Shown: positions 55,629-64,000 of the stretch, in pieces
Layout of the letters: each line of letters opens with the position of its first letter
Numbering within the stretch: the first letter of the stretch is position 1
DNA from: Schizochytrium sp. TIO01
Lineage: Eukaryota; Protista; Bigyra: Labyrinthulomycetes
DNA length: 64,000 bases
Assembly (NCBI GenBank): GCA_004764695.1
Contig: SMSO01000031.1
Coordinates: 2,022,436-2,086,435 of the forward strand
Reading direction: 5' to 3'
Position numbers and translations under genes: made by a program
Notes under the pieces: generated by a model
Database searches by the model: none
What the model saw: only the letters and a program-made list of their open reading frames with translations
Told to the model about the DNA's origin: nothing

Positions 55629-58239
55629 GGTATTCTTTGCTTTCAAGAATGCCGACCTTGAGAGTTCGCCCTCGTTTACTGATTTGGCTGCTCCCTTAAA
55701 ACGATCTCACAGAACTGCTCCTTCAAGGGAAAGAGTCTTTGGGAGCGCTTTAACTGCGAGCAAACTCCGCACTGTCCCTTTGCCTTGGGCGGCGGTTCTT
55801 GTTGCAGCCAGACCTCCTCCGAGGGTCTACAGTGTCCCTTGCTATCGGGGAGGATAGAACCAAGGCCTCCAATTCTTGCTTTGCCAAGCTCAAACTTCAA
55901 CTTGCGTGGTGCGTGTGTTTTTGCAAATGTAGTTTGCTTTCATCAAAGTCCCTTCTTTCCTTCCCCAGCCAAAGTGTTTTTTCTTTTTCCTGTTCCTCTG
56001 CCACGAATCAGCGCACACCTAGCTTCATTGGTATCTTTCCATAACTTTAAACTCTATAATAAATAACTAATTAATAGTGATATTGTTATTAAAATATAAC
56101 AAATACAGGCCCTGTGTTTCTTTTAACGCACGTGTCGCGTGCTGTGTTGGTGTGCACAAGAAGCGCCAACTCCAGCTCGACTTGTACGTCGTGCTCTCGT
56201 GCTCAGCTCCTTAGGCGCAGCCAAATAAGCTTTCAGCATGGCCCTGGCAGCCTGATTGTTCTTTTGCAATTCGTCGTCCCGCTTGCTGGCCTACTCGATC
56301 TCCCAGACTCGCAAGCCCCTGCGGCTGGGCCAAAATAGCTTTGCGCGGGTGCACGTGCCGGCCCCGACTGTATTTAAGGTGATGGTTGTTTAAACTTGCT
56401 TAGTGCATTTGGGGCGTTGGAAGGCTTCTTCGAAGAGGATATGATGGATTATTAAGGTGGCTGAGCGAGTGGATCGTTTCTTGTAAATCCCAAACAAGCC
56501 ATGAAAGTGGCCTTTTTGCTCACTTCCTTGCATACCCACTGCATCACACTCACGGCCTTCACTCGCTCGCTAGAGTTGTTGCCGTATCCCCCTTGCTCTT
56601 ACTTGGTTTCCCTCCCTGGCCGAATCCAGCGTAGTAGGGAACTTAATACATCTAACTTAGATCTCAAATTCGTAGCTATAAATCTTGCGAGCTAACCACA
56701 GAATGCAATTTCTGCAACTACTGCTACTACTACTACTACTACTAGATCTTGTACTACCAACATACCTACTCCTTGCCTTCAAAACTAGTTCGTCTTTATC
56801 AGCTCCAAGACTCTAGAGAGTGAAATCGACATCTTCATAATATTTTCCATTGTGATATTGCTTGCTTTCAGCCTCGAAATTTCATTACCTACTCAAAGCA
56901 AATCTCACTCGTGACATTCTTCAATATGTTCCGAGCTGCCACCTGCTTTCGGAGACCACCTCCTACAGTTCAAGGTGTTCTGCCTGCTCGCCGTTTTCCT
57001 GCTTCCACAAGTTATTTCGCGCACGTCGTGCTTTCTAGTGACAGCTATTATGCTGAAACCACATTAAAAAAGGCAAACTAGGCTGCCACCACATATCTAG
57101 GTATCGCATATTCGCTGCTCGCAAAGGGAGAGATGAGGATCGCCTGCCTCTGCGGTCTTAGGCTCAAGTGTTTAGCCTTGTCTGCACATGCCTAATGAAG
57201 CACAGGCTTCAACGACGTACCAATACTACTTTAATAAGCACCAGCATGAGTTATGAGTTGTTACACACCTTTACAATCTAACTTAACAGTATTAGGTGCC
57301 AATTATTTACATACCGGAGCGAGTGAAGAAAGAAATGAGTAGTTGAACGAACGAACAGACGACGAAGGATAGCCAACGAACAGAGCATAGGATGATCTCG
57401 GGAATGATTTCCCAAGTCGGGTAGTGAACAGCAGTTGATATGAAGCCACAACGAGCAGAAAATTTATATGAGGGAAAGTGTGGGTTTACAGTTCAAGTCC
57501 ACTCATAACAGAGCAGCGTCAAGAGAGGAGATCTAGCACGACTCCTGCTGGTGCGAACTTATGGACAAAATTGCGAGCGGCCCTGAGAGGCCAAAAAGCT
57601 CGACTAGAAAATCGCTGGGACACTCGAGCATCTTGGAAAATATTCGGTTGCACCGAATTATTTAAATTGTTGAATTCTGCTTGAAACCAGCGCATGGAGA
57701 ACCACTCGCAGGCTGTGTGGAGGAAAGTTTGCACGGTTCCAAAGGCTCCAAAAGCCGTACTTACATTTGAGGAGGAAAAAAAAGTAAAAGTATATACATT
57801 CGCGAAAACATTGTTGTATGCTCCAAATTTCAACTTCTGTGTTTACAGGATAGCGTTGCATTTGATTCTACATATTGTTTTTGTTCAACTTAAAAAATGC
57901 AAAGTTTTTGCCTGTAAAGAGTTCTTAGTTTTTGGTTTGCGATTGTAGAAAGCGAGACTCAAATTTATACGCTCGATATCTATTTGCTGTCAAGAAAGTA
58001 CTCCCGCTACTATTTACATCATTAGACATTGCCTGCCAAAGCAAAGTTAAGCTCGCCTACTAGATATTAGACAACCTTGTAGTAGGCAGCCGCCACACGC
58101 AAAACAGACACCCTGAAGGATCTGAAGAAAATGTTGAGACAAAAGCAGTGGAACAGCAATTAACTAAGATGATGTTGATACAATTAATTGTGTATTGTAT
58201 AAGGAAGCAGGGTGGGTCGATGGTAAGAACACATGGTAT

Positions 58240-59382
58240 TTATGACAATTCTCGCTGTTCAAAGACAGCGTATTGGGTTTTGAGTGCGTCAAAGCAATGT
58301 TGTGCAATAAACTTGACTTCCGGAGCCGCATTCTTGTCAATTTTGTCAGGATGGACTACAAGCATGGATAAGCGGAATGCCTTCTTAACCTCCAACGGTT
58401 GTACAAGAACAGTCACAGGCTTCCAACGAGCGCCATCCCAGAGGACAGAGTGTAAAGTGCTTAGCAAGGCCCGCACATTTTTCTCATTGCCCTTGGCTCC
58501 CGCCCACGAGTTGAGCTTATCTTGTAGCGCACCCTTGACTCGTGCAAAGTCTTCTGCGGATTTTGCTGTTGCCTCATCGCGAGCCCGGAGCTCCGCAACC
58601 TTTTTTTGCTGGGCCTCAACTTCAGCCCGCTTACGCAATTCCACACGCTTAGCAGCTCGAGCATCTCCCGTAAGACCTCGAAGCTCAGGGTGATTTTCAT
58701 CCTCTTTAGGGAGTACGCCAGAAAATGTTTTTGGGCGGCTTGTTTGTGTTTGCTGCTGTGATAAGGATGGCGATGATGCTCCAGAGCTTCCACCGTGGAA
58801 GAGATCCTCTTCAACATCTGCACGAGGTTGGGGGCGACTTTGCGAAGATCCTGGCCTTGAGGTAGCGCGCGATCCGCCCAATAAATCATAAAGATCTTCC
58901 TTGGAATTCCGCCTTGATGTGCTAGATGAAGATCTCTGCGGTTTGGAGTTTGTAGCATTATTCGAATTGCTCAAGCTGCTCTTGCTGCGTTGATGTTGTC
59001 TTTGCGTCGTTGACCCATTTGACAAGGGTGTTTCCATGCGAGCTTGAGATCTTGACACACCTGCCCTTGTATTTGCCTTAGGGGTATATCTCGCATGGTC
59101 GCACCTGAGCGTGGACAATCGCAACAATTTTGCAAACACATTGCCTCCCTGAGTTGGCACCACGTCACTGTCTCGAGTGACGTCTACCCACACGAAGCTT
59201 CCCTTTTTCGCGCCTGCAGAGGTTCGAAATCTCCAGTGAAACTCGTCAGCATGACCTTGGATCGGGAATTGCGCTTTGACATCTGCTAACGTAGGTTTGA
59301 CGCTATCTCCTTGGAGCAAAAACATATTCGGGTGCGCCATATCCTCGCCCCTCTCGCCCTGCACGAAGTAGAACACGCTCAT
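58240..59382 (-). CDS. DIX-like domain plus auxilin-type J-domain protein
   Basis: N-terminal FYF..HPNMF..PTLADVKAQFP..FHWRFR..VWVDV..VP..GNVFAKL is DIX-like. C-terminal W..KGNEKNVRALLSTLHSVLW..W..VKKAFRLSMLVVHPDK is the auxilin/GAK-type J domain. First ATG is 59382. Confidence 0.85.
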   Translation of the reverse strand: MSVFYFVQGERGEDMAHPNMFLLQGDSVKPTLADVKAQFPIQGHADEFHWRFRTSAGAKKGSFVWVDVTRDSDVVPTQGGNVFAKLLRLSTLRCDHARYTPKANTRAGVSRSQARMETPLSNGSTTQRQHQRSKSSLSNSNNATNSKPQRSSSSTSRRNSKEDLYDLLGGSRATSRPGSSQSRPQPRADVEEDLFHGGSSGASSPSLSQQQTQTSRPKTFSGVLPKEDENHPELRGLTGDARAAKRVELRKRAEVEAQQKKVAELRARDEATAKSAEDFARVKGALQDKLNSWAGAKGNEKNVRALLSTLHSVLWDGARWKPVTVLVQPLEVKKAFRLSMLVVHPDKIDKNAAPEVKFIAQHCFDALKTQYAVFEQRELS

Positions 59383-61312
59383 GATGCCCAAATAAATCGC
59401 CAAGGCTATTTAAACAGCACCGGGAAAGCTATCCGGTGTTGAGTCTAGACAGATAACGCTCCAGGGCGCTTCAAGGTTCACGGGCAGCGCTGTCTATATG
59501 CGGCTTTGGACATTGTCGATGCTGCAATGAGCGCCTCATCGTCTTTCCCGCCTTCTTCTGTGCAAGCACAGTTTGATCGATATTTTCCAACGCTTTAATT
59601 GTTGGAATTTATCCAACATTTTGTTTTGCCAGGTTTTCATTTGATTAAATCCAACAAACCCCTCTATTTTCTCTTCGCGTTGTCACGGCCACCCAACGCC
59701 TCGACCATTGTAAACCTCTATTGTAGCGTGTTTTTTGCCTTCTGAAATTAATGTCTCTCCCAAATGACAAGATTTTGAGAGCAGCGCTGTCCGTGATTTG
59801 CTTCTTTCATCCACAAGAACGAACTCTGTCTCTTTCATGTTGTTTCATGATTTCCATGAATCATCTGTGTCATCCCTATCTTTCCCAGGCATCTCATCAT
59901 CCTGGGAATTAAAAACATCTAAAAATTAAAATTCTATTCTAACTAATAGGTATATTTATGTATATTAATGATATTTAGGGTCAAGGCCTCCATACATTTA
60001 TATGTATAACTGTTTTTATTTATTTGTAATTAAAAAATTAAAAACGTTTTTCTTATCATTTTTAATTTTTTTTAAGCTAAACAGTTAATTTAAAAAAGAA
60101 AAAAAAAAGTTAAAAATAAGAAAGCTGGCTTGCATGAAAATGATGCTTGCAAGGTCATGGGACTCGTAACTTCTCTCTTTTGTTGTCCTGCAATTCATTT
60201 CTCAAGTTTGTCTGATCGATAGCACCTATCCAACTCCCAACCATGGTAAAAAGGAAGGTAATATCCAGTAAGTATTTATTGGCAAGGTAATCTTTAATTA
60301 TTATTTTATTTGTTAAATCAATGAGTGCCTGACGAAACCAAGAATAGGAAGAAGCACAACACCTATACATGAGGCAACAAAGACTTCAAGAACAGGACTG
60401 GAAGCTACTTCATCTTTGCGGTCATCGCTGTTCCCCTTAGCTCTTCTCACAACACGTGCGTTCATCCATTTTCTAAGAAAGAACATCTTTTTAGTAATAG
60501 GGCTAGTTGTTTCCTCTGCTCATGGATTGCGCATCTCTGCATGTACCCATGTGGCACTTTCGGAACAGGTTTGCGCGAGCTTCGTTCTACGAAAATCGAT
60601 CCATAATGTGATCCTCACGTGTATGGTCCCTAAGATTCCTCAAAGTCTCGACCCTTCAACGGTGTCCGCTCGTCTGCTTCTAGAGTCAGATTGCTTCATC
60701 CAGCCTGAAGTTATCCTTGGGTGTTAACTTTCGTGCAGTACTAGTCATCATCGTTTATGTACAGTATAGTTCAAGATCTATGGCCACAACCCAAGAACTC
60801 CAAGTTCTTCTGGATCCCCAAGATCGCCAGCAGCCCAGCCGCCCCTGCGCCACAACTAGGCAGGCGGTGAAAATACGAAGCACCTACATCGTCAGCCTTT
60901 CGGGTTTCATCCTCAAAGCTGGAATCCCCAAAGCTGATAGATACCCTTATGGACGTAGGATCCCAGGTACCTCACGCTCACGCCTGCCTCCGGTGTGCGT
61001 GGAAGTGCTCCTCAAGCACCGCCGACCTCATCGCATTTCTCCAAGCCTGCCATGCTCGTCAGCCTCTTCGCTCCAAGCTGCCGGCCTGCTGTGCTCCAGC
61101 GCCTCCACGCAGTTTTCTCCAAGTTTGCCATCCATCATCTATCTCCTGCTCCAAGTTTCTTCGTTCTCAGCAACAGCTAAAGCCCAGCCGCCTGCTGACT
61201 AACTGGCTTGAGCAGCCGCCACGGAAGCAGACCTACCCTGTCACAGGAGCCGCAACGCGAACAACGACAGGAATCCGAAGTTCTTGCTTTCCGGGTTCCC
61301 GCCTCCTCATCA

Positions 61313-61416
61313 ATTGAATGCATGAATGATTGATTGATTGAATGAATGAATGAATGAATGAATGAATGAACGAACGAATGAATGAATGAATGAACGAATG
61401 AAAGAATGAGTGAGTG
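61313..61416. repeat. Compound (GATT)/(GAAT)/(GAAC)/(GAGT) microsatellite
   Basis: Direct reading. Confidence 0.92.
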
Positions 61417-62156
61417 CATCTCTCGTTGGCGCTGCTATGTGCTCCTAGCGTTTACGTTACGAGGGCGCCCATCCCCTTCAGCGAGGTCACTGCGGCATTG
61501 CAATTAAGCCTGCCACCGCTCCGCTCATCGCTCCGTCACTGGCGAGATTAAAATCCGCTCTGTCCAGAGCGAGAGCGAATAAACCTCTTAAGACCCCTGA
61601 AGATCCCCAATCGACCATGGCAATCGCGATTTCCATCTTCGCTGATGACGCCGTCGAATTCTATACACTCCATCATCAGCGATCTCTAAATCCGGGTTCC
61701 AGATGTTCCCCATCAACTGCTAGGCGCTATTACCTATCTGCGGTAGCAGTAGCAGTAGCACTAATAGTACTACTAAGCACTATTAGTGCTGCTAGTAGGT
61801 GCCTAAGCACAGCACAGACTGAAAGAGAGAATTACTTTTCCTTCTCGAGGTTGCTCGAGGTTGCTCTTGGCTCCGGCCGTCGTTCCTTAGGTGCGTCCCT
61901 CGCGAGCACGTGTGCGTCCTCTGCCTCAGCCTGGGCGCCGCCTGCGCCTTTCTCTGCGCTGGCCACGCCATTTTCTCGTTTCTCTCTGCCTGTTTGCAAG
62001 TAAGGTCTTTCTCTCTTTCTCTCTCTTTCTTTCGATATGATCCATGTTCTTTCTTTATTAGTCACAGTATTGAGTCATTTGCGCTATTTTGTTCATGATG
62101 AATTTGATTTGGATTTTAATTTTAATTTTAATTTAATATTTAATATTAAAAACGTT

Positions 62157-62200
62157 TAAATAAATAAATAAATAAATAAATAAGAATAGATAAATAGATA
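62157..62200. repeat. (TAAA)n/(TAGA) microsatellite
   Basis: Direct reading. Confidence 0.88.
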
Positions 62201-62460
62201 TTTTCTACTCTCCACGAAACAGTGGAAAGGTATCCTCGCAATTCCTTCTTCTTTTCCCTCTTCTCTTTCCTTCGCTATTGATTGGAAGGAGCAGAGTTTA
62301 GATGCGGAAACATGGCGATAAATGCAATGATGGAGTAGTAAATGCAATTCAATGAGATAAAAGGAATGTTGAAAAGGCTTTCGCTAGTTGCTGGGGAATC
62401 GTGATAATGGTTTCTTTCGATTTCATTCGTTCATCGTTCATCGTCGATGAAAATGAACGC

Positions 62461-62552
<92 letters not shown>

Positions 62553-62580
62553 AATGTAATAAATGTAATAAATGTAATGT
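62461..62580. repeat. (ATTG)n microsatellite followed by a short (AATAAATGT) repeat
   Basis: Direct reading. Confidence 0.95.
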
Positions 62581-63331
62581 CTGAATGGCTGAATGACTCA
62601 CCGAAATATCATCCAATCAATCGATTGATTGATCGATTTCAGGATATATCGATCGAAGCGCGAGAGTCAGGATGAGGCAATGCTTTGTTTCGAGACGAGA
62701 AACGATCAGGATCTCGGGGTCCTCGTTCTTATCTTCGCTCGCGTTCGCCAGCTCATCCACCTCCATGACGCTCTGCACGATAGATAGCGTGATAGACCTT
62801 TCGTGATAGTGATAACTTAACTTACTTAACTTCTCTTTATCTTCCTACTATTGCTGGTTAGGCGAGCCTATTGTTTTTCTTGCCTGGATTTATCATTATT
62901 CTTATTGATTTGTTTTTGATTAACATCACGAAAAGAAAATTAAATAAGCAAATGAGTGAATGAACTCTTTAAAGTGAATGAACCTGAGTGAATGAACGAA
63001 TTGAAGCATTGGTGTAGAGATTCGTTGATACTGGGATGTTATGAAGAGCAGCGAAGACTCAGAAATATGTAGAAAGCGAGCACAGACAGAGAAAGAGACA
63101 GAGTTTGCTTCACCAAGAAAGAAGAAGAAGAAGATGATGATGATGAATGAAAGCCAAAGTTTAGTCGTTAGGAAGGTTTATTAAATTAGATACCTACTTG
63201 CCTAGTAATTTGTTATAAGTAAAACAATTAGAAGAAGATATATGTTAATTATTTATTTTAAATCAAATCCTAATTTAAAAAATGGAAAGTGAAAAATGGG
63301 AAAAATAATAAATTGAAGAATGTTAATTAGT

Positions 63332-63388
63332 TAGGTAGGTAGGTAGGTAGGTAGGTAGGTACCTACCTAGTGTATGCTTAGGTACCTA
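63332..63388. repeat. (TAGG)n microsatellite ending in fold-back CCTA units
   Basis: TAGG units 63332-63359, then TACCTACCTA; a second TAGGTACCTA at 63379-63388. Confidence 0.92.
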
Positions 63389-63552
63389 CTTAATAGTTGG
63401 GTAATAGAAGCAATGAGGGAGACGCAATGAATGAATCAAAATCCAGAGATTGTTATAGAAACAGCGTTAGGAGAAGAAGCAGCAAAAACAAAGCCTTCAA
63501 AGCACTTCCCAGTTGGCCGCTTGCTCGACTCTGGGCAGAGCCGACAGGCAAG

Positions 63553-64000
63553 ATGCTTCTCACGGAGATGGAATGCGAGAACTTTGCCAACTATGAGACA
63601 GTTGTGCATGACAAGTCGCTGACGCGCAAGCTCTTTGAGCCTTTTTGGGATCGTGTGGTTTACCTGCTGCCTGAGGAGGTCGCACCCAACCTCATCTCGC
63701 TGGCAGCTCTTCTCTGCCTCATCCAGGCATGGTACCTTTGCTACACGCAGGGCGAGGAGTACCCTGAGGAGACTACCACCATCGCCATGGTGCTCATTTT
63801 CATCTTCTGGACTCTGGACGCCGTCGATTCCAAGCAAGCCTCGCGGATTGGTAACGACTCGTCTCTCACAGAATTCTTTGACCACATGTGCTCTGCCATC
63901 GGCACCATTTTCCTTGTACTCACGCTCTGTCAGACCTACCACGTGCCTATTGACTGCACCTGGTACTACGTTCAGATTGGGCAGCTCCTCATCCTTAACA
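63553..64000 (+). CDS. CDP-alcohol phosphotransferase family (CEPT/AAPT-like), 3'-truncated, with degenerate catalytic motif
   Basis: Not in the ORF track because no stop falls in the window. Manual translation: MLLTEMECENFANY..DKSLTRKLFEPFWDRVVYLLPEEVAPNLISL..WTLDAVDSKQASRIGNDSSLTEFFDHMCS. ATG 63553 is in AAG-ATG context; an in-frame upstream ATG lies at 63427. Confidence 0.88.
   Translation, partial: MLLTEMECENFANYETVVHDKSLTRKLFEPFWDRVVYLLPEEVAPNLISLAALLCLIQAWYLCYTQGEEYPEETTTIAMVLIFIFWTLDAVDSKQASRIGNDSSLTEFFDHMCSAIGTIFLVLTLCQTYHVPIDCTWYYVQIGQLLILN

Noticed and set aside
63331-63360. TAGG array as a telomere or interstitial telomeric repeat
   Set aside because: The unit is TAGG rather than TTAGG/TTAGGG, and the tract is short and internal.
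63436-63942. 168-aa minus-strand ORF
   Set aside because: Antisense to the + strand CDP-alcohol phosphotransferase-like frame, which carries the recognisable motifs.
26031-64000. AGPS plus CEPT-like gene as an ether-lipid gene cluster
   Set aside because: About 35 kb apart with eight intervening genes, and the CEPT-like motif is degenerate.

Overview
Eukaryotic nuclear DNA. Apparently intron-free long ORFs, AAG/AAC-ATG start contexts, microsatellite-rich intergenic tracts and SAR-type proteins suggest a stramenopile, most likely a thraustochytrid (inference, not confirmed). Sixteen protein genes are supported: UBA1 (5'-truncated), a type II membrane vWA protein, an LRR/CBM48-like protein, APH-1, a coiled-coil protein, FBPase, AGPS, a YfeX-like DyP protein, a 3367-aa Cys-rich putative GPI-anchored surface protein, a low-complexity protein, LRRC40-like, UGPase, Derlin-2, a LIM protein, a DIX plus auxilin-type J-domain protein, and a 3'-truncated CDP-alcohol phosphotransferase-like gene missing from the ORF track. 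I recognised no rRNA, tRNA, CRISPR array or intact transposon. The most interesting signals are: (1) the DyP keeps its heme ligand but has lost both distal catalytic positions, carries a mitochondrial-type leader and lies head-to-head with AGPS; (2) the giant protein looks like an RxL-processed polyprotein with four copies of an unrecognised six-Cys domain; (3) the DIX-auxilin fusion; (4) the degenerate CDP-alcohol phosphotransferase motif; (5) a Derlin with a VBM-like p97 motif; (6) microsatellites that switch strand at palindromic centres. All family calls come from motif recognition by eye, not database searches.
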